Source of the DNA: an uncultured Thiotrichales bacterium
GTDB lineage: Bacteria; Pseudomonadota; Gammaproteobacteria; UBA4575
DNA: 64,000 nucleotides
Assembly (NCBI GenBank): GCA_964636225.1
Contig: CAZWQM010000003.1
Span: 74 to 64,073 of the forward strand
Direction: 5' to 3'
The first letter of the stretch is position 1, and every line of letters begins with the position of its first letter. Of this stretch, positions 49,076 through 59,809 are shown piece by piece. The notes under the pieces are model-generated. The model was not told the DNA's origin. It saw nothing but the letters and a program-made list of their open reading frames with translations, and made no database searches. The translations under genes and the position numbers were made by a program.

Positions 49076-50842
49076 CTAATGACCCTGATACATTTGTTCG
49101 ATTTCAGCCGCAAACAGTTGTTTGATTTTTTCTCGTTTTATTTTAAGCGTGGGAGTGAGTAAACCATTCTCAACTTCCCAGGGTTCCAGTGTAGCAGCAA
49201 TCTTATAGATTTGCGCATAGCCTGGAAATTCAAGCATATGCCGACTAATTCTTTTTAAAAGTTCGGCTTTTACATCGTCATCATTAATATTATTTTTATT
49301 AATGTGTTGCAATTTGCTTTGTTCCGGATTCAATACAACGATAGCCGATAAAAAAGGTTTACGCTCACCAATGACAATGGTTTGATCAAACAACGCATCG
49401 GAACATATCGCGTGTTCCACATCCGCAGGTGGAATTTTCTCTCCATTAGACAGCACGATAATATCCTTAACCCGGCCGGTGATAAAAATGATGTTATCCT
49501 CAATACGAGCAATATCACCCGTGTGTAACCAGCCATCATCGTTGAGAATTTTTTTTGTCGCGGCCTTATCATCCCAATAGCCCAACATGACAGAATTACC
49601 TCGAACCAAAAGCTCACCGAGTTCTGACAATTTTACCTGAACGTGATCCAAAGCCATGCCTACACTTCCCACAATATTTTTGTCTACTCTATTTGTTGAG
49701 ATGACTGGAGAGGTCTCTGTCATGCCATAACCCTGCAGAACATTGATTCCCATGCCTATAAAAAATGCATTCAACTCTTTGGCAAAAGCTGCACCACCCG
49801 CCACTGCAAATAAAAGCCGACCCCCCAGTTTTTCACGAATCTTTTTGGCTACTAATCTATCCAGCAATGGATGCAATAAAAACAGAAATGACCGTTTAGC
49901 TGTACCTTGTCTATAACAAAATTTTTTATAGCCAATTTCGTAAGTCGCTTTAAATAAACGACGCACAAAAGATGATTTCTGCTCAACCTGCTCATGGATG
50001 CGGGCATACACACGCTCGTAAATACGTGGAACTGAAATCAAAATAGTCGGTTTAATAATTTGCAAATCATCTGCAAGCTGTTCAATAGAGCGAGTGTAAG
50101 TAACTTCGGCTCCATAGAGCATGGGCGCGTAATAGCCAGTAGTTCTTTCAAAAGTATGCGAAAGTGGTAAAAAGGATAGCAGTTTTCCATTTTCATCAAC
50201 GGGCACAGCACGCCCAGCATCTGCAGCATTCGTTAATAAATTATTATGACTTAAAGTCACGCCTTTGGGCCGACCGGTAGTGCCTGACGTAAAGACAATG
50301 GTCGCAGGGTCGTCGCTGTTACAGGCAGATTGCTTAAATGCCGCAGAGGTATAGTTTTTTAGCTGCGACCGTAACGCGGGAAGTTCAATACCTTCGATTT
50401 CGTCCAACAATACAATACTCTTCAGCGAGTCGATTTCATTAATGAAATTTTTTGACAAAGCATATTGCTCACGCGTTGCAATTATCAGCAATCTGCTGGC
50501 CGTCTTTTGTAAAATATAGTGAACGTTATCTTCGCGATCATTGGGGTACAGCGGCACGCTGATAATACCTAATCCAGCCGCGGCTATATCTACCGCCACC
50601 CACATCAGACTATTCGGCAGCATTAATGCAAATCGATCGCCCGCTGACAGCCCAAGTTCTATCATCCACTGCTGTATAGAAGCAGCAATATCTCTTGTTT
50701 CCGACCAGCTATAGGATTGCCATTCTTCAGTCTGATGATTGAATTCGGTGTAAGCTGTTTTTTTTGGTGATGAATTAACACGTTCGTTAAAAGCCTGCGC
50801 AATCGTAAACGTTTCATCAATATTGATCGGTTGACCTGCCAT
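49076..50842 (-). CDS. long-chain-fatty-acid--CoA ligase (AMP-dependent synthetase)
   Basis: AMP-binding motifs TSGTTGRPKGV and GYGMTE... The start is set at the Met (50842) just after the upstream stop. Confidence 0.88.
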   Translation of the reverse strand: MAGQPINIDETFTIAQAFNERVNSSPKKTAYTEFNHQTEEWQSYSWSETRDIAASIQQWMIELGLSAGDRFALMLPNSLMWVAVDIAAAGLGIISVPLYPNDREDNVHYILQKTASRLLIIATREQYALSKNFINEIDSLKSIVLLDEIEGIELPALRSQLKNYTSAAFKQSACNSDDPATIVFTSGTTGRPKGVTLSHNNLLTNAADAGRAVPVDENGKLLSFLPLSHTFERTTGYYAPMLYGAEVTYTRSIEQLADDLQIIKPTILISVPRIYERVYARIHEQVEQKSSFVRRLFKATYEIGYKKFCYRQGTAKRSFLFLLHPLLDRLVAKKIREKLGGRLLFAVAGGAAFAKELNAFFIGMGINVLQGYGMTETSPVISTNRVDKNIVGSVGMALDHVQVKLSELGELLVRGNSVMLGYWDDKAATKKILNDDGWLHTGDIARIEDNIIFITGRVKDIIVLSNGEKIPPADVEHAICSDALFDQTIVIGERKPFLSAIVVLNPEQSKLQHINKNNINDDDVKAELLKRISRHMLEFPGYAQIYKIAATLEPWEVENGLLTPTLKIKREKIKQLFAAEIEQMYQGH

Positions 50843-50846
50843 AATC

Positions 50847-52880
50847 TTATTGCAACTGCGCCCAGCCGGATGACGACTTAAATCGCTCACCATGTTTAGC
50901 TTGCAGCTCGTTTAAGCGATCACGTAATTGAATAGGACCGGCTGTTCGCGCATATTGCACAGGGCCACCACGAAAAGGTGCAAAGCCGGTTCCAAAAATG
51001 ATCCCTGCGTCCAGCAGATCTGCATCTGCGACTAATTTCTCCTCCAAGCATCTCATGGTTTCATTCACTAAACTTAATATCAGTCTATCCTGAACCTGCC
51101 TGTTAACAGCTGATTTGGCTCTCATCTGCTTACTGACTTTCCCTTTCTTCCATAAATAAAATCCTTGCCCAGATTTTCTGCCCAGCTCTCCCTGATCCAG
51201 TTTATGCTGAAGCCGATTCGAGACAGGCAAATCAAATGCTGCGGCCAATACTTTACCCACATGACTACAGATATCCAGCCCCACAACATCTGCTAATTCT
51301 ATCGGGCCCATGGGCATACCAAACTCAACTGCGGCATGATCAATATCTTCCGGGGACACACCTTCATCAACAAGAATAATGGCCTCCATGATGTAAGGCA
51401 TAAGAATACGATTAACCAGGAAGCCCGGTGAAGACTTAACGGGCAGAGGTAGCCTGCTTATCTGTTTAACAAATCTGGCCGCATTATCCAGAACCTGCTG
51501 ATTAGTATTTTCGGCATGAATAATTTCCACCAACTGCATTTTTGCCACTGGATTAAAAAAATGCAGTCCAACCAATCGCGATGGGTCATTTAATTTTTCC
51601 GCCAAGGCTTCCAGCGGCAGGCTGGAAGTGTTAGTGGCCAGAATAGTGTCTTCACGTATTTGCGGTTCAATGTCTGCATACAATGCCTGCTTGGCCTGCA
51701 GATTTTCATATATCGCTTCAATAACAACATCGGCACGAGCCACACCAATGCCTCGATGATCCGGCATCAGTCGATCTTTTGCGGCCACACACAAATGCGG
51801 GTCACGTATTTTTTTCTCAAACAAGGCATGGGCTCGCTGAATGGCCGGCGCAATATACTTGGGCTCTCTATCCTGCAAGGTGACATAAAAGCCCTGCATG
51901 GCACACCATGCCGCGATGTCACCTCCCATAATGCCCGCACCTACCACATGAACATATTGCGGTTCAAATGATCCGCTCTTGGCCAGCGACTTCATGCGTT
52001 CCTGCAATAGAAACACTCGTACTAATTGCCGTGTACCCGGTGAGTCAGAAAACAAATCTGTTACTGAATTAGCTTCCTGGATAAATCTCTTTGGTCGTTC
52101 TACTGAAAAACTCTTCCAGCAATCGAGAAGTTTAAACGGTGCAGGATAGTGCATAGGTGAGACTTTCTCGCGGATCTGCTTACGCATTAATAACGCCGCA
52201 GCTTGTCGAGCAAGTGGATAGGATATAAGTTTATTAATCAGTGAAGGTTGACGTTTAGGCTTACCACTCAGCACCAATGCCTGAGCAGTAACCCGCATTT
52301 GCCTTGCAGGCACAATTGCATCTACTATTCCCATTTTTTTTGCCTGCCTTGCCACTATGACACGCCCTGCCAGCATTAATTGTAATGCCGGCAAATCGCC
52401 AATTAACTCTGGCAAGCGTACTGCACCTCCATATCCTGGATGAATTCCCAATTTGATTTCTGGCAAACCCAATTTGCATTTTGCTGAGTTTTCAGCAACG
52501 CGATAAGTACAGGCAAGCGCGAGTTCAAGACCTCCGCCTAGACAAAAACCATGGATAAGAGCCAGTGACGGGAAAGGCAATGTTTCGATTAAATCGTAAA
52601 CTGTTTGACCATAACGTAATTTAACAAACGCAGCTTCGCGTGTTTTTAACTGTGTAAATTCAGTAATGTCTGCTCCAGCTAAAAAGCCATTGGGTTTTCT
52701 GGAGTAAATAATCAGGCCTGCCGCCGCGCTTGTTTGCAGCTCCTCCAGGATTGACTTTAATTCTTCCAGAACAGTGCTGGTTAATATATTGGTATTGCCT
52801 TTCGCGTAATCCAGGCTCAGCCAAATAATATGTTGATCATCATTCTCAATTTGCCAGTGCTGATATTTTTCATCATTCAT
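50847..52880 (-). CDS. fadB: fatty-acid oxidation complex alpha subunit (enoyl-CoA hydratase / 3-hydroxyacyl-CoA dehydrogenase)
   Basis: N-terminal crotonase fold (FLAGADITEF...GGGLELALAC) plus an NAD-binding VVGAGIMGGDIA domain. The start forms an ATGA overlap with the thiolase stop (52877-52880). Confidence 0.9.
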   Translation of the reverse strand: MNDEKYQHWQIENDDQHIIWLSLDYAKGNTNILTSTVLEELKSILEELQTSAAAGLIIYSRKPNGFLAGADITEFTQLKTREAAFVKLRYGQTVYDLIETLPFPSLALIHGFCLGGGLELALACTYRVAENSAKCKLGLPEIKLGIHPGYGGAVRLPELIGDLPALQLMLAGRVIVARQAKKMGIVDAIVPARQMRVTAQALVLSGKPKRQPSLINKLISYPLARQAAALLMRKQIREKVSPMHYPAPFKLLDCWKSFSVERPKRFIQEANSVTDLFSDSPGTRQLVRVFLLQERMKSLAKSGSFEPQYVHVVGAGIMGGDIAAWCAMQGFYVTLQDREPKYIAPAIQRAHALFEKKIRDPHLCVAAKDRLMPDHRGIGVARADVVIEAIYENLQAKQALYADIEPQIREDTILATNTSSLPLEALAEKLNDPSRLVGLHFFNPVAKMQLVEIIHAENTNQQVLDNAARFVKQISRLPLPVKSSPGFLVNRILMPYIMEAIILVDEGVSPEDIDHAAVEFGMPMGPIELADVVGLDICSHVGKVLAAAFDLPVSNRLQHKLDQGELGRKSGQGFYLWKKGKVSKQMRAKSAVNRQVQDRLILSLVNETMRCLEEKLVADADLLDAGIIFGTGFAPFRGGPVQYARTAGPIQLRDRLNELQAKHGERFKSSSGWAQLQ

Positions 52881-54166
52881 TGGATGGCCTCCACCAACAT
52901 TGCGCCACCTTGCCCACCGCCTATGCACAATGTGGCAATCCCTTTATGTGCATTTTGTTGCAGAAGTGTATTCACCATGTGCAATACAATTCGAGCACCC
53001 GTCATTCCCACAGGGTGTCCACAGGCGACAGCACCGCCATGAATATTTATTTTATTCGGATCGATTTCACCCAACGCTTTTTTGACGTTTAAATTATTTC
53101 GGCAATAATCTTCATCGTTAAATGCAGCAAGGCAGGCCAGCACTTGTCCCGCAAAAGCCTCATTTAATTCCCAATAATCTATATCGTCTATTTGCAGGCG
53201 GTTCTCTTTCAGCAGTAAGTGAGAGGCATGCACGGGCCCCAGACCCATCTCGGAAGGATCCAGCCCTGCCCAATGGCAACTGGTTAACTTTGCCAATGGC
53301 GTTAATTTATATTGTTTTACCGCTTTCTCTGATGCCAGCAGTAACCATGCTGCACCATCGCTGATTTGCGCACTGTTACCCGCCGTAACTTTGCCGTAAG
53401 GTTTATCAAATACGGCTTTTAGCCTGGCCAGCTTTTCCATCGTTGAGTCCGGACGCACTCCGTCATCAAACTCATAAATTTTTCCGTGTTTTTCGTATAG
53501 CGGTTCTATTTCGTAATCAAAGACATTTTTTTTCTGGGCCTCAGCCAATTGCGAATGACTGTGTACGGCAAACTCATCCATTGCTTCTCTGGAGATATTA
53601 AATCGATGTGCAATTTTTTCTGCGGTCTGTCCCATCGACATATTCACTGTCGGATCAGTTAATCCGCACAGCAAACCTATTACGGGTTTTAGCAACGCCG
53701 GACGAAATTTTGCTATGACCTGCAGTTTATTCTGTATCGACTTAGCCTGTGCAAGATCCGCCAGCCAATGCACATACTCTTCGCGAAACAATAGCGGCGC
53801 ATGACTCATAGCTTCCACACCACCCGCCAGCACCAGATTGGAGTGACCTAATCTGATTTGACCCATAGCACTGTCCAGCGCCTGCATGCCCGAAGCGCAA
53901 TTTCTTTGCACTGTCCAGGCCGGAATAGTTTCAGGCAACTTCAGACGCAGCCCAACTAATCGCGCAATATTGGCCTCATCAGCACGCGGCATAACACAGC
54001 CCAAAATGATTTCATCGATGTTATTTGCATATTGCGCATGCTTACTCAGTAACGATCGTGCAATTGCCACACTCATATCGGATGCAGAAAACGGACCCGG
54101 CCGGCCACGCGCTTTGAGTATAGGACTGCGCAGACCATCTACGACATAAACCGGTTTTCCACTCAT
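52877..54166 (-). CDS. fadA: acetyl-CoA C-acyltransferase (3-ketoacyl-CoA thiolase)
   Basis: Thiolase active-site Cys context NCASGMQAL and C-terminal CIGGGQGGAM. Confidence 0.92.
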   Translation of the reverse strand: MSGKPVYVVDGLRSPILKARGRPGPFSASDMSVAIARSLLSKHAQYANNIDEIILGCVMPRADEANIARLVGLRLKLPETIPAWTVQRNCASGMQALDSAMGQIRLGHSNLVLAGGVEAMSHAPLLFREEYVHWLADLAQAKSIQNKLQVIAKFRPALLKPVIGLLCGLTDPTVNMSMGQTAEKIAHRFNISREAMDEFAVHSHSQLAEAQKKNVFDYEIEPLYEKHGKIYEFDDGVRPDSTMEKLARLKAVFDKPYGKVTAGNSAQISDGAAWLLLASEKAVKQYKLTPLAKLTSCHWAGLDPSEMGLGPVHASHLLLKENRLQIDDIDYWELNEAFAGQVLACLAAFNDEDYCRNNLNVKKALGEIDPNKINIHGGAVACGHPVGMTGARIVLHMVNTLLQQNAHKGIATLCIGGGQGGAMLVEAIQ

Positions 54167-56604
54167 GAATGTTTTCTCCCTTTCCAGTAAGTGGCATCAA
54201 AATCATCTACCGCAAATACTTTCAACCGCGCCTGCTGAGCATTGCGTATTACATCCGCTTCGGAGTCATTTATGACACCACAGGATACCGCCAGGTCCAA
54301 ATCAAATTTCTTGATATTGCCCAGTCGTTTGGCACGTTTAACCAGCATTTCCAAAGGCGCCGCATTGATCACTTGCTGCAAGGCATCCTCCAACCACACC
54401 AGTGATTCATTAGCATCTTTCGGCACGTAGATATCGCCAGTTAATGATTCTCGCGTACCTAAATCATCCAGCAGCTTATTTGATATTTCATCATGTAGCG
54501 TATCTTTGCGAGGAATTTGTGGCTTGCCCAACGGATAAATCATGATATGCAATATATGTTTGAACCATTTTCCTGGCAGGTTATACATAAGCTCCTGCAT
54601 GGCCAGATGAAAACCGCGACCACACTCGCGCATAGCCCAGTCTACAAAAGGGACTTCTTCAGAAGGCTCTCCCCGATCGCGGAAAAATTTCAGTACTACC
54701 GAAGACAGGTATAAATAACTCAGCATATCTCCCAGTCTTGCTGACACATGCTCACGTCGTTTTAATGATCCGCCAAATATGGTTAACGCCACATCTGCAA
54801 CCAATGCAAAATTTGCAGACAGTCGGGTCAGGCGTTTGTAATGCGGCTCTACAGTAGTAGCGAACGGCGCTTTCACCCAATGTGCTTTAGTTAGTCCAAG
54901 GAAAATACTCCGCCCAATATTGGTAATTACATGCAATACATGGTTCCACAATGCATAATCAAATTTGTCCAGCGCAACATTTTCATTTTCTTCACTCAAC
55001 GCCTCCATTTCTTTGTACAACCAAGGATGACAGCGCACCGCCCCCTGACCAAATATGATCATACTGCGGGTAAGAATATTTGCGCCTTCTACTGTAATCG
55101 CAATGGGTACAGCTTTATAAATATGCGCAATATGATTACGCGGACCAATACATATTCCCGAGCCACCGTGAATATCCATGGCATCATCCACCACTTGTCG
55201 CATGCGTTCTGTTAAGTGATATTTAATAATTGCCGAAGCTACTGACGGTTTGGAGCCCTGATCTAATGCTGCGGCAGTGACGGATCTTGCAGCATCCATC
55301 ATATAGGTATTGCCGCCAATTCGACCCAGCACTTCAGCCACCCCTTCAAATTCACCAATGGGCATTTTGAACTGTGTGCGAACTCGCGCATAGGCGCCGG
55401 TATTTCTACTGGCAAATTTTGCAGCCGCTGTGGCAAGAGCTGGCAAAGAGATGGCGCGCCCGTCTGCAAGGGATTCCATTAACATCTTCCAGCCTTTACC
55501 TACTTGCGCCTGACCTCCAATAATCCAGTCCATGGGAATAAACACATCCTCACCTTGAGTTGGACCATTCATAAAAGGGACATTTAATGGCATATGTCGA
55601 TTGCCAATAACAACGCCTTCAGTATCAGTAGGAATGAGAGCCAGTGTAATTCCGAGATTTTCCTCATCACCTAACAAGTGATCCGGATCCAATAATACAA
55701 ACGCAAGCCCAAGCAACGTCGCCACGGGTGCCAAAGTGATATAACGTTTGTTCCAGGTCACACGCATGCCCAGTGTTTTTTCTCCATTAAATTCCTGGTA
55801 ACAGACAATCCCTCTATCTGGCATGCTGCCCGCATCGGACCCTGCCTGTGGCCCGGTTAATGCAAAGCAAGGTATCTCTTTACCCTCCGCCAGTCTTGGC
55901 AAGTAGTAATCACGTTGCTCCTGTGTTCCATATTCAAGTAACAATTTTCCCGGGCCAAGTGAATTGGGTACCATTACAGTCACACCCGCCGCAATAGATC
56001 GACTCGCTACTTTCATCACTACACATGAATGCGCATAGGCAGAAAATTCCAAACCACCATAGGCCTTAGGAATAATCATTCCAAAAAAACTATGTTCTCT
56101 TATGAAGTCCCATGCTTGTGGCGACAGATCAAAGTCTTCATTCGTGATCTTCCAATCATCCAGCAAGTCACATAGTTGCTCTACTGGTCCATCCAAATAA
56201 GCCTGTTCTTCCTCACTTAATTTCGCACTAGGAGTATCCCTCAAAAATCGCCAGTCGGGATTTCCTGTAAATAGCTCTGCCTCCCACCATGTGGTTCCAG
56301 CTTCCAGAGCTTCTCGCTCTGTGTCTGATATAAGAGGTAATAGTTTGCGAAATAATTCAAGCGCACGCACACTAATAAACTTCTTGCGCAAGGAAGGAAT
56401 AGCAGTCACTGCGATCACGGCGGCGAATACCAGCCATAGTATTGCTTTTATCAACCACGGTATGGCCGAAAGAAAGCTATAAATCGCTAACGCACTGCCA
56501 ACCGCCATCAGAAGAGTAGAGGCAGGTAAATTCAAATATAAGAAGTAGGAAATCGAGCCTATCAGCAAAATTAAAAACAGTAGCTCTATTAATATCAGCT
56601 GCAT
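54163..56604 (-). CDS. fadE: acyl-CoA dehydrogenase, FadE-type (membrane-anchored, about 813 aa)
   Basis: N-terminal TM helices followed by an acyl-CoA dehydrogenase core. The length matches E. coli FadE. ATGA overlap with the thiolase start. Confidence 0.88.
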   Translation of the reverse strand: MQLILIELLFLILLIGSISYFLYLNLPASTLLMAVGSALAIYSFLSAIPWLIKAILWLVFAAVIAVTAIPSLRKKFISVRALELFRKLLPLISDTEREALEAGTTWWEAELFTGNPDWRFLRDTPSAKLSEEEQAYLDGPVEQLCDLLDDWKITNEDFDLSPQAWDFIREHSFFGMIIPKAYGGLEFSAYAHSCVVMKVASRSIAAGVTVMVPNSLGPGKLLLEYGTQEQRDYYLPRLAEGKEIPCFALTGPQAGSDAGSMPDRGIVCYQEFNGEKTLGMRVTWNKRYITLAPVATLLGLAFVLLDPDHLLGDEENLGITLALIPTDTEGVVIGNRHMPLNVPFMNGPTQGEDVFIPMDWIIGGQAQVGKGWKMLMESLADGRAISLPALATAAAKFASRNTGAYARVRTQFKMPIGEFEGVAEVLGRIGGNTYMMDAARSVTAAALDQGSKPSVASAIIKYHLTERMRQVVDDAMDIHGGSGICIGPRNHIAHIYKAVPIAITVEGANILTRSMIIFGQGAVRCHPWLYKEMEALSEENENVALDKFDYALWNHVLHVITNIGRSIFLGLTKAHWVKAPFATTVEPHYKRLTRLSANFALVADVALTIFGGSLKRREHVSARLGDMLSYLYLSSVVLKFFRDRGEPSEEVPFVDWAMRECGRGFHLAMQELMYNLPGKWFKHILHIMIYPLGKPQIPRKDTLHDEISNKLLDDLGTRESLTGDIYVPKDANESLVWLEDALQQVINAAPLEMLVKRAKRLGNIKKFDLDLAVSCGVINDSEADVIRNAQQARLKVFAVDDFDATYWKGRKHS

Positions 56605-56638
56605 TACTCAACCTTCCTTTTGGATTTTAATAACTTAT

Positions 56639-57538
56639 TCAATGAGCAAATTTGTTTTCACTCACAGATCCTTCCGAGATATGTAGCACATCATGTGCAT
56701 CCAGATATTTCTGAGCCTCTTCCGTAACTATGCCTGATTCATCCCAGGGCAGTTTTTGGTAAAAGCCCAAATCATCTTTCCCCAGTAACGGGTATTTAAT
56801 GATTTCAAAGTACGGCGAATAATCAAAATCGCGTGGAGTAAACAAGCGCAAATTACGCTCTCTTAATGTGAATTTTTTATTTTCGTCTTGAAATATCAAT
56901 GGCAGCACCGGAAAGCGCACCGATGCAAAAGCGCTGGCAATCATTGATGAGCACACTACCTTAGTGGGTGCCTGGGCGTTATGCTCAAACAGACTTGAAT
57001 GCCATCGTCTGGGCATGAAAGTCCACCAGGGAATCAAAAAACGTGCGAGATCCAGCAGCTGCCTGACATCATAAGCCATTCCGAGAAAAGTAGTGGCATG
57101 CGTTATTACTTTGTTTACATCTTCAGGCGAGATCCCCCTTGGTCGACAAATTCGGGTGTGAAAGTCTTTATAAAATTTTAAAGGTGTCACGACAGTTCCC
57201 TTTCCTAACTGGCTTTCAATCAACAGAGGTTCGTCGGGTGGTCCATCATAATGCTGCATGATACGGGCTTTGGCGACTAGATCATGAATATCGTAGAGCC
57301 GACCCACATAAAGCGCACTATGACTCCAGGAACTCTGTGTGATAACTTTGATGGCGTGACTAACACGCAGACGTCCTTCAACCAATAGCACGTCGGCTGG
57401 TCGAATTTCAAACTCCAGACGCGAAAAATTGGTGGGAGATAAAATTTCGCCATTCGTATCGGTTAAAAGAATACCTATTGCTTTATCCCAAGCCCATCGT
57501 TTTAATCGTTGTAGCATGGTGAGATATTCCCCTGACAT
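56639..57538 (-). CDS. permuted papain-like (YiiX/NlpC-P60 superfamily) hydrolase-like protein
   Basis: RPADVLLVEG...ITQSSWSHSALYVG (the His segment) is followed much later by VVCSSMIASAF (the Cys segment). This is the permuted order typical of the YiiX/YaeF family. Confidence 0.55.
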   Translation of the reverse strand: MSGEYLTMLQRLKRWAWDKAIGILLTDTNGEILSPTNFSRLEFEIRPADVLLVEGRLRVSHAIKVITQSSWSHSALYVGRLYDIHDLVAKARIMQHYDGPPDEPLLIESQLGKGTVVTPLKFYKDFHTRICRPRGISPEDVNKVITHATTFLGMAYDVRQLLDLARFLIPWWTFMPRRWHSSLFEHNAQAPTKVVCSSMIASAFASVRFPVLPLIFQDENKKFTLRERNLRLFTPRDFDYSPYFEIIKYPLLGKDDLGFYQKLPWDESGIVTEEAQKYLDAHDVLHISEGSVSENKFAH

Positions 57539-57693
57539 ATTATGAGATTAACAGCTTCACTCAAATGGCGATTTAATTTCAAAACTATATAAATATGATA
57601 GCAAGCAGCTTATATTAGTTCATATTTATATTTGTGCTGATCGTCTAAACATTAATTAATTCGCTTAAGTATTATTTATAAGCAAATTCAAAC

Positions 57694-58200
57694 TTACTTA
57701 TAAGCGCTTGTAGATGTTTCTAGCTTAAGTTGCATTCTGAAGTGAGGGATACCTAGACCGGTATCCATTGTGGCTATCACTTCAAAACCATGCTGTCGGT
57801 AGAATTCCAACGCATTTGCTCGCGCATTTAACCAGCAGGTTGCTGCGCCATTTTCTTGAGCATACTCAAGTAATTTTAGAATTATTCGACTTCCGATGCG
57901 CATTCTTTGGTATTTTTCAATCACTGCCATATAACGGATGCGCATGGCTTGATTTTCGGCCGGCTGAATACTTCCCACACCTATTATCGAGTTCTGCTTG
58001 TGAATTGCCGCGCAATGAAATGACTGCGAATCCAGTGAATCTCTTTCGCTGCCTAATGGAAGTTTGAGCGGTTTACGTAACTGCTCCCAGCGAAATCGAA
58101 AGTAACGCTCATACTCATCATGCGAATGAGGGCAAATAATCTTATAGGTCAGCGTATCCAACAATGCAAACTCAGGCAAAAACCACCCAGGTAGTGGCAA
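57694..58200 (-). CDS. GNAT family N-acetyltransferase
   Basis: RYMAVIEKYQRMRIGSRIILKLLEYAQENG...EFYRQHGFE is the acetyl-CoA-binding Q/RxxGxG/A core. It overlaps the upstream gene by 29 bp. Confidence 0.75.
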   Translation of the reverse strand: MPLPGWFLPEFALLDTLTYKIICPHSHDEYERYFRFRWEQLRKPLKLPLGSERDSLDSQSFHCAAIHKQNSIIGVGSIQPAENQAMRIRYMAVIEKYQRMRIGSRIILKLLEYAQENGAATCWLNARANALEFYRQHGFEVIATMDTGLGIPHFRMQLKLETSTSAYK

Positions 58201-58774
58201 TGTATTTTTCCCCTGACTGCAACGTCACACCACGGTGCTCGTGGGTCCAAAAGGGCGGAAATAAAACCAGCTTGCCCACTTCAGGTTTGATTTTCACATC
58301 CTGAAACAAAAATTCTGTTTCACCTCCCGGACCTTCAACATCATTCAAATACCAGATCGCAACCAATTGTCGATGACTGAAGTCGTGACTGCCTCCATCA
58401 ATATGCCAATGATAAAATTCGCCCTCCTGAGTTCGTTGCAAACCATAACCCATATCTTTGAATGGTCCGTTAAAGAACGAAAATTGCATTCTAAATTCCC
58501 TTATCGCTACACTTAGAGACTTAAATAACGCCCTGTCTACATCATGCCAATGTGGCTTGCCACTAACAACAAGATCTGTAGATTGCTTAATACTTGTATC
58601 CTGATCAGCTAATTGCCCGATACGTCCTTGATATTGATCCTGCTTATTGACCTCAAAACGCCGGATGACATCCTCACAAAACTCGGTCGCCAGAGCATTT
58701 TTCTTTTCGAAAATAAAACTGTTTTGTTTGACTTCCCGAATAGTTACTAATTTGTTTTTCCCAGATCCACTCAT
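58172..58774 (-). CDS. 2OG-Fe(II) oxygenase (prolyl-4-hydroxylase-like)
   Basis: HxD (YHWHIDGG) plus a distal His (FWTHEHRG) and LVAIWYLNDV...GGETEF, typical of P4H-like oxygenases. Confidence 0.75.
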   Translation of the reverse strand: MSGSGKNKLVTIREVKQNSFIFEKKNALATEFCEDVIRRFEVNKQDQYQGRIGQLADQDTSIKQSTDLVVSGKPHWHDVDRALFKSLSVAIREFRMQFSFFNGPFKDMGYGLQRTQEGEFYHWHIDGGSHDFSHRQLVAIWYLNDVEGPGGETEFLFQDVKIKPEVGKLVLFPPFWTHEHRGVTLQSGEKYIATTWVVFA

Positions 58775-58777
58775 TAT

Positions 58778-59809
58778 TTATAATTGTCTTGTTTCAAGAT
58801 ATTTCTCAATTTCAGCTTCGTTGATATACCTATCATGCAGCAAAAGGACTTGCCTGCAGGTTTCCGCCCAGTGCTCTGTTGCTTTGTTTATCCAGGCTTG
58901 CATTTTTTGCCAATCATTCTGTTCACACCATGCTTGATAAACATCCAGAAAAGATGGACATAGTTGTTTACGCAGGGGATTCATATTCGCTGCGTAAAAA
59001 TGTATGGAAGCTTCTCTATTTTCAGCAAACAAAGCCGGCAAGGTTGTTACTGCATCTGCATAAAAGTCCTTTAATGCACGCAATCTGAATTCAAGACGCG
59101 CATTGGAAATGCTAACCAGCATCTGCTTCCATTGTTCTCCTAATAATTTATTGGTTTTAATTTCGCCCTGCTCATACAAAATAATTGCTTCTGTTTCCAC
59201 TTCCGTGATTTGATCCAGCGCAGCGTTTAAATCACCCTGGAAATCATAAAATGAAAATGCACGGCTGGCAGCATTCTTTATTTTATGCCATTGCCACTCC
59301 TGCAGTTTTTCCCATAGCATTCGCCTTATCGATTCTTTACGGATAAATATTTTATTATCCAGTGTCATGGCGGGAGGCGAACCAAGATCACGTGCACATT
59401 CTTCAGAAGTAATCACTATCTGGCACTCATCAGCGAACTTCTGTTCTGCCAGTCGGCCCAGGAAAAAATGTGGAGTACACCGATTACCCACGCCACCACT
59501 ATAAGCCATACCACGTGATTGAAGTTGTGTATTGATCGCATCAGTATCAAACGGATCATACAGCTGCCCATTTATTTCTATAGGTTTAAAAGGTGCCTGT
59601 TGCAGACTTTCCCATAAACATTCCCGGTCTACGACCCACTCTCCCACTTCTTCTTTGGTCATTGAGTCTGTATACAAATAACCCTTATCCCAACGACAAT
59701 ATTCGCGCATCTTCATCAAATAGACACACATGGTAAAATTACCTGCATGTCTGGCATCGGCAACATTGCAGTTATACTGAACAACTTCACAAAGAGCGTC
59801 TGTATTCAT
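58778..59809 (-). CDS. conserved hypothetical protein (about 343 aa, Cys-containing N-terminus, helical C-terminal half)
   Basis: Long clean ORF ending 3 nt before the oxygenase start. The start is preferred at 59809 (SD AGAGG, 6-nt spacing) over the ORF-track start at 59833. No characterised family recognised. Confidence 0.65.
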   Translation of the reverse strand: MNTDALCEVVQYNCNVADARHAGNFTMCVYLMKMREYCRWDKGYLYTDSMTKEEVGEWVVDRECLWESLQQAPFKPIEINGQLYDPFDTDAINTQLQSRGMAYSGGVGNRCTPHFFLGRLAEQKFADECQIVITSEECARDLGSPPAMTLDNKIFIRKESIRRMLWEKLQEWQWHKIKNAASRAFSFYDFQGDLNAALDQITEVETEAIILYEQGEIKTNKLLGEQWKQMLVSISNARLEFRLRALKDFYADAVTTLPALFAENREASIHFYAANMNPLRKQLCPSFLDVYQAWCEQNDWQKMQAWINKATEHWAETCRQVLLLHDRYINEAEIEKYLETRQL

